64,000 bases of DNA, from the sequence record PP261279.1. One strand, given 5' to 3'. Position 1 is the stretch's first letter. Every line of letters begins with the position of its first letter. The notes below the pieces were generated by a model that worked only from the letters and a program-made list of their open reading frames with translations, was not told the origin of the DNA and ran no database searches. The DNA comes from Escherichia phage ECP2303. Below, one piece after another: positions 24,357-34,229 of the stretch. The position numbers and the translations under genes were made by a program.

Positions 24357-26429
24357 TTATGAGAAGTCTGGCGGGACAACATCTTCTACATACCCTTTCA
24401 GAGCAACCTGCCCCATATGAAGCACGGTAGAATCTCTAGCGGTAACAGTGATGCTGTCAGACATTACTTGCGGGTATGCCCACACATACTGTTTTACCTC
24501 AGGGTATCTATACTCTATAGTTGCCATGTTTCCGCAAATACATCTCCATAAAAATTCTTGGTAATTCCTAGTTGGGTCATAGCCATATACCGGAGCAAGC
24601 TCTTTACTAGGAACGAACCCTGCAAGGTATTGTATTTCAGACGGTTGCCAACCTAACCTAACGATAGGTATGTTTACAGACTCTTTTGCCTTTTCAATAC
24701 CTCCCTGCATCACCCAATCGTAGCACTCGGTGCAGAAGAAATCAAGAGCACCTGCTTCCTTTTTATATTGGTCAGCAAGGTTCAGCTTTTGTGTAAGCTC
24801 GGTTTCCATAATGGTTGGGAAAAACAGCAAAGCTGTCATCTGAGCTGATGCAGCGTGTGCCTTTACTGCCTTTGAAATAGCCGCAATACGAGCGCCAAGC
24901 TTACCACGACAAAATGCCACATACTTGTCGTAAACACCGCCAGTTTTAGGATCGTCAATAGTCCCAATATCTAATGCATACTCACCTGTCTCATCATAAA
25001 ACGCCTGCTTTGTAGGGTAATCATAAATACAAGGCCTACGAGTATCGGTATTGTACCACCACCACGGTTCACCAACCTGCATAATCACTGGCAGGTTGTT
25101 TCTCATAGCGGCTGATGCAAAATTCTTAAATACTGCAGTAAGGAAATTCATACCCTCTTCAATGGTTGGAGATAGGAGGTAGCTACAAGGTGTATACCCT
25201 GTTTTAGCGTAGTTATCGTTCCAGTCTCTTTGGGTCCATTCCAACGGGCAGGCATCGCTGAAAAGCTCAAAACTTACAGATTGCATAACGTCGAAGTTAT
25301 GTCGTTTGGCATTGTACATAAAATCATCATGCCATTTATAAGCTGCAGCGTTTAGCGCTCCTGTTCTGTTTATAGACCATTGGGTTCCGGACCATGTGTA
25401 GTCATAATAATGACTCATACCAACATAATGGTTTATGGTTCCGGTATATCCCAGACGCTTGATATTGTTCAACACCCTTAAAGGAGAGACGTTCCACATA
25501 TCGTCATATGCGGTGCAGATCCCAACGTCGTGCTCTCTCACCTGAATATTATTAAGTTGCATCATTTTCCAGCCTGTGTCTGGCTGAAGCAAATCTAGGC
25601 GCAACTCACACTCTACATTTTCCGTTCTCGGGTCTGTGCTATTACTTACCCAGTCTTTAGGCATGAGTGGTATTAAAATCCTTCTCACCTGCCGAGGATC
25701 AACACCCATCATGTTGTTGTTCTGGTCCATCCCGACGCAGTCCTCGAAATCAATATGAATTTCTGCAACATTCTTATCCTCTGAGATGCTGACAGCATAT
25801 TGAGCTAAAGGAACATAGATGATTGTGCCATCAACAAGGTCTACAGTCATAATCATCTTTTCAGGAGTGGAGAAGTTGCTGGCGTTGGTTATTGACATTC
25901 TGAACCAAAGTTTGGTGTTTCTCATCTCATAGTGATCATCAAACCCAATACCGAAATGGTCATACTTGTCAACTGTTTCCCAAATGCATCCAGCCATACC
26001 CCCATATGTTCTTGACACTAAACGGTTAATACAACAGTTGTTATCTGCAACAATACAGGTACTTTCAGTCTGCTGAGTAGTTGTAACCCAATATCTTGGG
26101 TGGAACATTCTCTCCTCGACAGTATCCCAAGATATCCTGTCAAGATTCTCATCTGAAACTATTGTACATTTCGCCCTTTGTGTCCCGATCATCACCCCTT
26201 GAGATTTTGATGAAAACTCCATAAAGAAGCTTCTTGGCAACCTGTTGGGTAATTTGTCAACAATTTCCACCGGAATCTCAATACTGGTTGCCCCGACTGG
26301 GATAGTTACATCGCCCTCAACATGATCATAATCCCTACCAGGAACGGCAGTATCCTGAACTGTGCGGTAATGAAACTGCGCAGCCATTGTAGAGTAATCA
26401 CGGTAAGGTTTAAAAACAGCTGTTGCCAT
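24357..26429 (-). CDS. Structural protein with N-terminal Calx-beta-like motif; possible fibre proximal part or carbohydrate-active domain
   Basis: Calx-beta-like motif near the N-terminus (VPGRDYDHVEGDVTIPVGATSIEIPVEIVD). Trp/Tyr-rich C-terminal domain. Position is equivalent to the proximal part of an H-like fibre. Confidence 0.55.
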   Translation of the reverse strand: MATAVFKPYRDYSTMAAQFHYRTVQDTAVPGRDYDHVEGDVTIPVGATSIEIPVEIVDKLPNRLPRSFFMEFSSKSQGVMIGTQRAKCTIVSDENLDRISWDTVEERMFHPRYWVTTTQQTESTCIVADNNCCINRLVSRTYGGMAGCIWETVDKYDHFGIGFDDHYEMRNTKLWFRMSITNASNFSTPEKMIMTVDLVDGTIIYVPLAQYAVSISEDKNVAEIHIDFEDCVGMDQNNNMMGVDPRQVRRILIPLMPKDWVSNSTDPRTENVECELRLDLLQPDTGWKMMQLNNIQVREHDVGICTAYDDMWNVSPLRVLNNIKRLGYTGTINHYVGMSHYYDYTWSGTQWSINRTGALNAAAYKWHDDFMYNAKRHNFDVMQSVSFELFSDACPLEWTQRDWNDNYAKTGYTPCSYLLSPTIEEGMNFLTAVFKNFASAAMRNNLPVIMQVGEPWWWYNTDTRRPCIYDYPTKQAFYDETGEYALDIGTIDDPKTGGVYDKYVAFCRGKLGARIAAISKAVKAHAASAQMTALLFFPTIMETELTQKLNLADQYKKEAGALDFFCTECYDWVMQGGIEKAKESVNIPIVRLGWQPSEIQYLAGFVPSKELAPVYGYDPTRNYQEFLWRCICGNMATIEYRYPEVKQYVWAYPQVMSDSITVTARDSTVLHMGQVALKGYVEDVVPPDFS

Positions 26430-27115
26430 TAACCCTCCTGTCTAGTTGCGTTTACTGTAATACTTTCACAATAAATGGTTGTGGTGTCCCAATCAGGTCT
26501 TACGTCAGGAACATACAGCAAAGTAGCCAGCCCACCAACTCCGAATTGGTTTTCTTCCCACACTGATCCGAAGCCAAGAGCTGTATGGTCCCCTTCAAAA
26601 CCAAAAGCTTGCCCTTGCGATTCTGTAAGACGCAAATGACAAGGCAATGGTAGCATGTCTAAGATCTGATCGATAGACTGCAATATGTCAAAGCAAGTTT
26701 TTCTAATATTTATGTCAAATCTGAAGTTGTCTCCTTTCCACGTATCGAAATTGTCCCTTCCGAACAATTGTCGCAAGGTGGAGATGACATCTTCGCGAGT
26801 CCCACCCCTTGATGCTGCGGCCTGCTGAATAATCAGCGTGGCACGAAAATCAGCATCTGAAAGTCCATTCCTAAGAATACCAAGTTGATTACCAACTTCG
26901 TCAAGGTATCTTCCGCTAGCATTGTTAAGCAATCTTCCTTCAGCCAAACCTACCAGCATCTTATCAACATCCTCCAACCTTTTAAGGTACACGGTTAAGA
27001 ATGTGACCAAATTAACCTTCTCAGCCAGAAAATCTCCAGGCAGGTAGTCAAGACCTCCCTGAACAAAATCTGGCAGAGTGTGGATGTGGTTAACATCCGA
27101 CTTAATCTCTGCCAT
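26429..27115 (-). CDS. Baseplate-associated protein (P2 gpI-position equivalent)
   Basis: Immediately downstream of the baseplate J-like gene with a stop/start overlap; function assigned from gene order only. Confidence 0.45.
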   Translation of the reverse strand: MAEIKSDVNHIHTLPDFVQGGLDYLPGDFLAEKVNLVTFLTVYLKRLEDVDKMLVGLAEGRLLNNASGRYLDEVGNQLGILRNGLSDADFRATLIIQQAAASRGGTREDVISTLRQLFGRDNFDTWKGDNFRFDINIRKTCFDILQSIDQILDMLPLPCHLRLTESQGQAFGFEGDHTALGFGSVWEENQFGVGGLATLLYVPDVRPDWDTTTIYCESITVNATRQEG

Positions 27116-27126
27116 ATCTCGCCGCC

Positions 27127-28617
27127 TTAAATAGTTTGTTGGAAAGTTATATTACTTTCGTCGAGGTCAAACACCTCGGTCATGTTCGCAACAATATCGT
27201 TTGTAGTGTAAGCTTCATCAGAAGCTCCTACTGGTTTAACTTGAATTACCAGTCTATTAAATCTGCCTATTGACACAGCAGCAGATGCAGCACCGACCAA
27301 TTGGATATTATACAACGTATCTGCAACATCCAGTCCGTTAACAACCTGTAAAAGAGCCTCTACAATGGCATCTTTTTCGGTTGTGGAAAGCGCAGCACCA
27401 GAGTAGGTAATTCTTACATCCAGGCGGTAGGTATTTGCCTTGGAGTAATAAATTCTTTCAGTTTGACCGTCAGATGTAGTGACATCGTAGAAAATATTAC
27501 CATAAGTCCTGTTCGTACAGGCTATAGTTTGGTAAAGTGCTTGGCAAATGTCCTCCGTTGCACCACCAAACACAACCACTTGGAACTTGTAAGGAGGTAT
27601 ACCTTTAGCATCAGTTTTATCGGTGTTGTTGGAGAACACTCTCACTTTCTCAACACCTTTCACCTCGCTTACAGCGCTAAGGATTGCAGGACGGGTAGCC
27701 TTAGATGTTAACTGTTTTGTGCTGGAAGCTCTTAAGCGATACTCTGAGTCTTTCTCAACATCTCTGCCCTCATTGAATCTTTCTCGGTTGGTAAGTTTGA
27801 TAAATCCACTAGGGGTAGGTGACATTGTTGTCACGGTTTCTGCCTCTCTTGACAGCTCACCAGCCTCGTTAGCGATAACATCCAGGGTGATAGTTCTTTC
27901 TCCTACAATCGGGGATACTCTGAAATCTACCCTGCTATTAAGTCCAACTTGATCAAGATTCGAATTGTACCCTATCCACAACGTTCCTGTCAACATATCG
28001 ATCTGAATCAAATCGTCGTTCAACAGGGTTGTATTATCGACAATGAACTGCTTAATCTCTCCGTAAAAGCTTGGCAGATCAGAGGAGTCCAGAGCCTTAT
28101 CTGTTAAAACCAGACTTTTTGTTTTGATACTTCCGTCTGTCTGGTTGGTAATTTGAAAGTTGTATTTCCCAATTCTTAGGTCTGGAGCGTTTATTCTGTG
28201 AGCAATAAGATTTCCAGCCACCTGCACATCGTTGCTAAGAACAAAGTTGCCACTGTCCAGCGTATAAGTTTTGGAATCATAAATCATATTGTACGGCACA
28301 GTTGTGTTGATTGTCAACTGGCAGGTACCTGATGATTTAGAACGGCCTCTTCGGTAAATACCCTGCCTTCCAAGAAGCTCATCCAGGTAAATACCTTCTG
28401 CCCCATACAGCGTCTGTGATGCGTATACAGATGCTGCCATAAGAATAAGTTGATATTCTCGCTCGTTGAAAATAGTGGTCAGCTTATCTGCAACTGAGTT
28501 ACTCTGTACGTTGAAGTTTTCGCCAAAAGCACGGATCAGGCTTTGCTTAGTTTCAACGATTAGGTCATTTAGGGTTGGTATAACGAAACCAGCCTCTGTC
28601 AATCCATACTTAGCCAC
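27127..28617 (-). CDS. Baseplate J-like wedge protein
   Basis: 496 aa. N-terminal pattern (LTEAGFVIPTLNDLIVE...AFGENF) and size fit the baseplate J/gp6 family. Sits in a V-(W)-J-I-H-G-like order. Confidence 0.55.
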   Translation of the reverse strand: MAKYGLTEAGFVIPTLNDLIVETKQSLIRAFGENFNVQSNSVADKLTTIFNEREYQLILMAASVYASQTLYGAEGIYLDELLGRQGIYRRGRSKSSGTCQLTINTTVPYNMIYDSKTYTLDSGNFVLSNDVQVAGNLIAHRINAPDLRIGKYNFQITNQTDGSIKTKSLVLTDKALDSSDLPSFYGEIKQFIVDNTTLLNDDLIQIDMLTGTLWIGYNSNLDQVGLNSRVDFRVSPIVGERTITLDVIANEAGELSREAETVTTMSPTPSGFIKLTNRERFNEGRDVEKDSEYRLRASSTKQLTSKATRPAILSAVSEVKGVEKVRVFSNNTDKTDAKGIPPYKFQVVVFGGATEDICQALYQTIACTNRTYGNIFYDVTTSDGQTERIYYSKANTYRLDVRITYSGAALSTTEKDAIVEALLQVVNGLDVADTLYNIQLVGAASAAVSIGRFNRLVIQVKPVGASDEAYTTNDIVANMTEVFDLDESNITFQQTI

Positions 28618-28697
28618 GTCACTCCTCCGGTATGAAAATCTCTACAAGGTATTTTACCAAATTTTGTAACAATAGTCAATCTGAGCATAAAAATAAA

Positions 28698-28713
28698 CCC
28701 CGCCGAAGCGGGG
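28698..28713 (-). terminator. Intrinsic terminator (UUCG tetraloop hairpin + U-tract) downstream of the J-like gene
   Basis: Minus strand reads AGCCCCGC-UUCG-GCGGGGUU followed by UAUUUUUAU. Confidence 0.7.
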
Positions 28714-28722
28714 CTTTAAAGG

Positions 28723-31700
28723 TTAGTCGTGAGACTCGTTCCAAGGTCCTTGGAAACTAGAGTTAGAACGGCTTACCACAACAGTAGGACAGGATATTGC
28801 GACCCCTGTTACAGAAGACGTTGACCATGGTGTGTAGATTTCAACAACAATATCTATGGTTTGTTCACCAAGACCCGTTATCCCTACTGCACACATACCG
28901 TTGTTGTCGTTTCCGTACTTCTTACCTGCAAGGATTTGATGTCCGGCTATCCAAACGTTAAGCTGGGAGCCAGACAAGGTTCCGTTTAGTTTAAAGAAGA
29001 ATGTTACGTTCTTACCTTGTCCTGAAACGTTGTCCACATATCTCCACCTCCAACGGCAAACCCTCTGCTGTGAGTTATATACTGGAGGACAGTCACCGTA
29101 GGTTCTGTGTGCAACTATTGCACCTTCGAACTGGTTAGCACGGATAACAGAAGCTTCTACACGCCCACGAAAGGTACCTCCGGTTGCATCTATGGTGCCC
29201 CTAAAGCTACCATTATTGGCATAAACATCCCCACGGAAGGTACCACTAGTGGCGTTAACTGCCCCTGTGAAGTTACCAGAACTGGCGTTGATGTTGCCTT
29301 TCACCCACACATCCATAAATTGGGCGTGCCCGTTCTTGTTAATATACCAACCGTATTTATGGTACCCGTTGCCATCGTAGTTGTTTGACGAAATTTCTTG
29401 TGCGATCTTGGCAGATGAAATCGTCCCGTTCTCTATAAAAGCATCTTTCAAGAACGCTTGGTTGTTCTTGATTGCGAAAGCAAGGGTTGCTGTTCCATTT
29501 CCAGGGTTGTATACCGCAAAATTGTTTGCACTAACCATGAAGTAGGATTGAACTTGGCCTCCAGACCCTTCCATCCCCAACTGGATACCTGCAACATATT
29601 TATTCCCTGCGGAGTCTACCTGTATTTTTGTGCCCCATTGAGCATTTACTTTACCCTCTAAGTCGGTTACAGCCTTAGATGTTGTAGCTACTGCAGCCCT
29701 GATCTCGGACACATCCCCAACATCATCAATGATCTCCTGCTTAGCAACAGCAAGTTCTTGACGAATAGCTGACGCTGTGCCGTTGATAAGGTCCACAGTA
29801 GCTTTGTTGGTATCGGAAATTGTAGCATCCAGCGCTGTTTTTGTGGAAGTCAGTTTTCCATCCAAAGCATCAATCGCCTGCTTGTTGGTAGAAATCTCCC
29901 CACGTGCAGAAGTTATCTGCTCTGACAGTGCAGATGTTTTCTGATTCAACAAGTCAGTGGTGGCCTTGTTGGTATTGGCAATCAAGGTGTTGAGGTCAGT
30001 TTTTGCGGTGGTTATCTTGCCATCCAGGGTGGTATAGTTTTTAGATACCGTCGCGTTTGTCTGACTGATCTTTTGATCCAGAGTTTCAGATGTCCTGTTC
30101 AAAAGATCCACAGTTGCCTGGTTAGTGCTCAAGATGCTTGCGTCAAGTTCTGTTCTCTGAGTATTGATCTTACCATCCAGAGTTTTATCTCCGGCTAAAT
30201 ACCCGCTCTCAACTCCCTCTATCTGCTCTACCAGCTCACCTTTGGCGGCAACCAATTTCTCATCTAAAGCCTCTGTCTTTTTGTTCAGAAGATCAGTAGT
30301 TGCTTTATTGGTTGTCTCGATCAGAGATGCCAGTCTGCCACTTTCAGTGTTCAGATCGTTGGTGAATTTGTTCTGTGCAGCAACAAGTTTCCTATCCAGC
30401 GCTGTAATGTTACCATTGACATCTTCAAACTTCTGAGTTGTTTCTGTAACTACCGCACCTATTCTGTCCCCAAGTTGTTGGAACGCTTCATCTACCCTAC
30501 CATCCATGTACCTGTTAAGTTCTGTGACACGATTTTCAACCTCTTCAATAGAGGAATCCAAAGTGCTCATCAACTCTTTATAAGTTTCTGTCTTTTTGAA
30601 TTCAGCATCTATCTGAGGCATCAAATCCTCAATAGAGGTATAGCAGCGTGCAGCGCATTCTACAAACTGAGAGCTACCAAAAGCGTTTGTGGTTCGAATA
30701 TACCAATAATAAACCTTATCGTTCTGCAGACCTTCAGATGTCCAAGTCGAACCAACACCCATACGGGTGGCTTCTGAAGTAACGGTTGCATCACTAGTGT
30801 CTGGCAACCTTGTCATACCAGATGTCCAAAAGTCATACTGGGTGCTTACACTTGCTAAATCCCTGCTGTGTGGAATCAAGGTGATAGCAAAGTATCCTTG
30901 CTTAACCTCTACAGAAACAGGAGCTTCAGGTGCCTGAATGTTAAACTCGCAGTACGCTTCTGGAGATACACCACCTTTATAAGATGTTGCAACCACGGTT
31001 GCTGTGTATGACCCTTTGGTCAAGCCTTCTACTCTGACAAACTGCTCAACTGTCTGTGCTGTCCAAACAATCTCTCCGTTCTTTCTTACCTGCACAATAT
31101 TTTGAGCGTAAGTTCCAACGTTGTCCCAAGCCAAAACACCGTGAGTTACTTCCCCAGCTTGGAGAACGGAGTATCTGAAGTTTTGCGGTTGAGCTACACC
31201 GGATGGGGATATCGGAATATCTACATCGCCGGAATCCGGAAGTTGCCCTGTGGCATCATTCCACTCTTTAGCATCTTGACGAAGTTTTACCTTGACACCG
31301 CCCTTTTTGGTGAACTCCCATTCAAGAACCCTCATTTCTTGGCCCACTATACCAATACTTGGGAGATTCATTGTAACGTAACGGCCAGGTTTAAATTTAA
31401 AACCTCGCATATTGCAGGTGACTTCAATAATCCTGCCAGCTCTAGCACGTCTTAAAAATATTGCAGAAACACGCTGAGCTTGATAAGGGCTGGTAACAAA
31501 GCGGTAGTCTATATCGATTATCTTTCTTTCTCCATCCTTCTCTATCCACTCTGGGACAAACACTGATGGAAAATCTGTTTCAGAATACCCTTTGGTCGGA
31601 CTGGTGAATCTGCCAGTTATTGTGTTGGATCTTTTGTCAAACGAGGCTTCCGGATAGATCTTAACCTCACCACAGACACAGTCCTCACTCAGTGTCATTG

Positions 31701-32562
31701 TTGCCGGACCATAATATGCACCTACCAGCAGTCCATACTTACCAGCTACATAGCTGAGATCTGCACCACAAGCTTTCAGCATTTCTGCCATAATACTTGC
31801 TGGGGCCTCATCCATATCGAACTCGCCATTAATGGTGTAACGGCGCTCACTAGTTCCGTCCGCGTTTCTTACCGCCTCATCGCATATGTTAGCAGCCTCC
31901 TTGAAGGACTCCCAGTTGATGGTTTCGTCAGGACATTTAAGGTACGTTCTTAAATAGTCTAGAATCACCAAGGCCGCGTTATTGGTATACACCTCTTTAC
32001 TGATACGAGGATCATAGCATTTTTTACCAACCTTGACGAGTGTAACGTTTGGCAACCCAAAAGGGAACTTGTTAGGGTCAAACCTGAAGCTGGCACGTAG
32101 CCAACTGATCCCTCTACCTATCATGTCTGGTGACCACGACGGGCAGTGTGTACCCATGAAAGGATCAGATGTTTTTCTGTCGTTATGTAGCTCCCACGAT
32201 ATCAAATCTCCATACGAGGAAATAGGATTACCGTCGATGAGTATATCTTCTATACCTTCCAGGGGATGATTGGCAAGAACAATAGCACAATGGAGGGTCC
32301 TGTCCCTGTCCTGCTCCAAAAACGCAAGTAATCCAGATGTGCGTGTCTTCCCATACACTACAGAGCAAGGTGCAGCAGAAGATCTGAGAAGCTTTTGTCT
32401 ATCTTGCTGACTTCTGTAAGATTTGTTGCCCTCAAAAATCTTATCCAGAGTTCTGGTGGTAACAGTGTTCAGGCTGTCAGCCAGAGCTGCCTTGGATGCG
32501 TTCCAGTCATAACTTGAAGATCTTGCAGAAGCAACGATGTTATCAATCATTGCAATTGGCAT
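28723..32562 (-). CDS. Lambda gpJ-like host-specificity / central tail fibre protein with internal coiled-coil repeats
   Basis: 1279 aa. Segments align with lambda J as recalled from memory: EFNIQAPEAPVSVEVKQGYFAITLIPHS, YYWYIRTTNAFGSSQFVECAARC, and a C-terminal NASSGNFTGAVNATSGTFRGDV region. An insert of four approximately 50-aa repeats (TNKATTDLLN...) lies between them. Confidence 0.75.
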   Translation of the reverse strand: MPIAMIDNIVASARSSSYDWNASKAALADSLNTVTTRTLDKIFEGNKSYRSQQDRQKLLRSSAAPCSVVYGKTRTSGLLAFLEQDRDRTLHCAIVLANHPLEGIEDILIDGNPISSYGDLISWELHNDRKTSDPFMGTHCPSWSPDMIGRGISWLRASFRFDPNKFPFGLPNVTLVKVGKKCYDPRISKEVYTNNAALVILDYLRTYLKCPDETINWESFKEAANICDEAVRNADGTSERRYTINGEFDMDEAPASIMAEMLKACGADLSYVAGKYGLLVGAYYGPATMTLSEDCVCGEVKIYPEASFDKRSNTITGRFTSPTKGYSETDFPSVFVPEWIEKDGERKIIDIDYRFVTSPYQAQRVSAIFLRRARAGRIIEVTCNMRGFKFKPGRYVTMNLPSIGIVGQEMRVLEWEFTKKGGVKVKLRQDAKEWNDATGQLPDSGDVDIPISPSGVAQPQNFRYSVLQAGEVTHGVLAWDNVGTYAQNIVQVRKNGEIVWTAQTVEQFVRVEGLTKGSYTATVVATSYKGGVSPEAYCEFNIQAPEAPVSVEVKQGYFAITLIPHSRDLASVSTQYDFWTSGMTRLPDTSDATVTSEATRMGVGSTWTSEGLQNDKVYYWYIRTTNAFGSSQFVECAARCYTSIEDLMPQIDAEFKKTETYKELMSTLDSSIEEVENRVTELNRYMDGRVDEAFQQLGDRIGAVVTETTQKFEDVNGNITALDRKLVAAQNKFTNDLNTESGRLASLIETTNKATTDLLNKKTEALDEKLVAAKGELVEQIEGVESGYLAGDKTLDGKINTQRTELDASILSTNQATVDLLNRTSETLDQKISQTNATVSKNYTTLDGKITTAKTDLNTLIANTNKATTDLLNQKTSALSEQITSARGEISTNKQAIDALDGKLTSTKTALDATISDTNKATVDLINGTASAIRQELAVAKQEIIDDVGDVSEIRAAVATTSKAVTDLEGKVNAQWGTKIQVDSAGNKYVAGIQLGMEGSGGQVQSYFMVSANNFAVYNPGNGTATLAFAIKNNQAFLKDAFIENGTISSAKIAQEISSNNYDGNGYHKYGWYINKNGHAQFMDVWVKGNINASSGNFTGAVNATSGTFRGDVYANNGSFRGTIDATGGTFRGRVEASVIRANQFEGAIVAHRTYGDCPPVYNSQQRVCRWRWRYVDNVSGQGKNVTFFFKLNGTLSGSQLNVWIAGHQILAGKKYGNDNNGMCAVGITGLGEQTIDIVVEIYTPWSTSSVTGVAISCPTVVVSRSNSSFQGPWNESHD

Positions 32563-32999
32563 TAATACCTCCAGACATCAACAACAATAGAATCTTTCAT
32601 GTCGAACATAAAGACCCCTTTATCACCTTTCGCCCAAATCTGGTTGTTCCAGAACACACCCGCGGTGAGTCCGTTCAGTCCTTCGAAAATAACAATATCC
32701 CCACGCTGAACCTGTTTAGGAGTGTCCAGTCGAGTCATAAAGAAATCAAAAATAGTAGGCAGGTGTGTGGTTTTGAAATGAAGCATGCACCATCTCTTGC
32801 TTTCCAACTCTGTTTTATACGTTCCTTCGAAGTTAGAAAGAAAATCTGTTCCGTATTGGGCATCAACACACTTAGCCGCAAAGGTGCAACAATCGTGGAA
32901 TCCCCATTCAAAAGGTATGGTGGCCTCTTCGTCAAACACTTTCCACAACCTTTCTTGCCAGTCCACTAGACGAGGATGTGTGCTCATTAAACCTCCCAA
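32562..32999 (-). CDS. Hypothetical tail protein (145 aa) with HDCC motif
   Basis: Directly upstream of the J-like gene with a stop/start overlap. HDCCTF motif may indicate a Cys-peptidase-like fold (speculative). Confidence 0.45.
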   Translation of the reverse strand: MGGLMSTHPRLVDWQERLWKVFDEEATIPFEWGFHDCCTFAAKCVDAQYGTDFLSNFEGTYKTELESKRWCMLHFKTTHLPTIFDFFMTRLDTPKQVQRGDIVIFEGLNGLTAGVFWNNQIWAKGDKGVFMFDMKDSIVVDVWRY

Positions 33000-33553
33000 A
33001 TGATCGGGCGGCTCGCCACCTGATCCACATATTTAAAAAATCTGTCGTTATCGTTTCTTGAGCTGTGGCTTTCCTCCGTGTACCGATAAGGAAAACCTCT
33101 TAACCAGCTGTTGAAGATGGAAGAGATGGATATGGACAAAGCACTATTCTCTCCTGTCTGGATAGCCATATCTGTTATAAGGCCGTCAAACAAGCCATTA
33201 GTTGTGACAGGCAGACCATTCTCCATAGCGGTAATGTACAACGTGGCACGACAACCAGAATACTCCGTCTTCAGCAGATCACCCACATACTTAGGATCAA
33301 ACCCGTTCAATGTTGCTACCACAGATCCGAAGTTGGTGGCATCTTTCTCAGACACAGCGGTCAATGTTGCTGATCCGCCTATCCCTATAAAATGTTGACC
33401 CTCAATTACTACAACACCAGTGCCTGAGCACACCCTGACAGTGCCTGTCGGTAGCTCCAGCTTTGCAGCAATTAAGATCTCAACACCATCAAGCTCTAGC
33501 TTTTCAAGAAATAAATTATCTAATGGCGCTCTGATCATCTTAGAAATCCTCAA
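32987..33553 (-). CDS. Hypothetical tail protein (188 aa)
   Basis: Co-oriented, overlapping-start ORF in the tail-tip module. Confidence 0.45.
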   Translation of the reverse strand: MRISKMIRAPLDNLFLEKLELDGVEILIAAKLELPTGTVRVCSGTGVVVIEGQHFIGIGGSATLTAVSEKDATNFGSVVATLNGFDPKYVGDLLKTEYSGCRATLYITAMENGLPVTTNGLFDGLITDMAIQTGENSALSISISSIFNSWLRGFPYRYTEESHSSRNDNDRFFKYVDQVASRPIIWEV

Positions 33554-34130
33554 AGAAGTTGATAACTATATTATCACCTTTTTGCATAGCATCGACTTTT
33601 TGCTTAATTTTATAAATATCTCTGATATGGAACCTACCCTTCGGGGATTGAGTTATTATCTTCATAGTGTCCCCTGCGGCAATAGGTTTTCTAAGTCTTG
33701 GAGATATGCTTATAACAGCAGACCCAACACCATCACTACGCACTGGAGCTGTTACCACTTTCAATTCATCATTGACAGATATTTTATCCCCAGCTCTGGC
33801 TATGTCTCTGTTTGGCTCCCATCCGACCGTATTCAAAAAATCGTCGTTGCCAGTAGGCCCAAGGGCGATTGGCTCATTAGCTGTTACTGAGTGACCGTAA
33901 GTTTTAATGAGAAAGATGTTCCCATCTTTATACACCTGATCAACAAAGCTTTTAAGCTCTAGCAACTGTGACTCGCTGATATTGGAGACCGTCAAAGTGC
34001 CTTTCCAGTTAGGTGTGGCATAGGTTACTTTTTGCGTCTTACCTGTAAACGGACTTTTAAACGTAACAATATCTGCCAGCAGCTCCAATCTAATATCTGG
34101 AAGGTATCTAGGCCTTTCCCATAAAAACAT
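33540..34130 (-). CDS. Hypothetical tail protein (196 aa)
   Basis: Co-oriented ORF in the tail-tip module. Confidence 0.45.
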   Translation of the reverse strand: MFLWERPRYLPDIRLELLADIVTFKSPFTGKTQKVTYATPNWKGTLTVSNISESQLLELKSFVDQVYKDGNIFLIKTYGHSVTANEPIALGPTGNDDFLNTVGWEPNRDIARAGDKISVNDELKVVTAPVRSDGVGSAVISISPRLRKPIAAGDTMKIITQSPKGRFHIRDIYKIKQKVDAMQKGDNIVINFFEDF

Positions 34131-34202
34131 TGTGCCTCCAGGTTAAACAATCATGATAGTTATTTTACCAGATTTTGAGTTAATACGCAATACAAACAAA
34201 AA

Positions 34203-34222
34203 GCCCCCGCCGAAGCGAGGGC
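34203..34222 (-). terminator. Intrinsic terminator (UUCG tetraloop) downstream of the 1266-aa fibre gene
   Basis: Minus strand reads GCCCUCGC-UUCG-GCGGGGGC followed by UUUUUGUUUG. Confidence 0.65.
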
Positions 34223-34229
34223 AAAACAG

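Noticed and set aside
29700-30500. DNA-level tandem repeats that might suggest a mobile element or satellite
   Set aside because: They lie in frame within the J-like fibre gene and encode the approximately 50-aa coiled-coil repeat units, so they are coding repeats, not a separate element.
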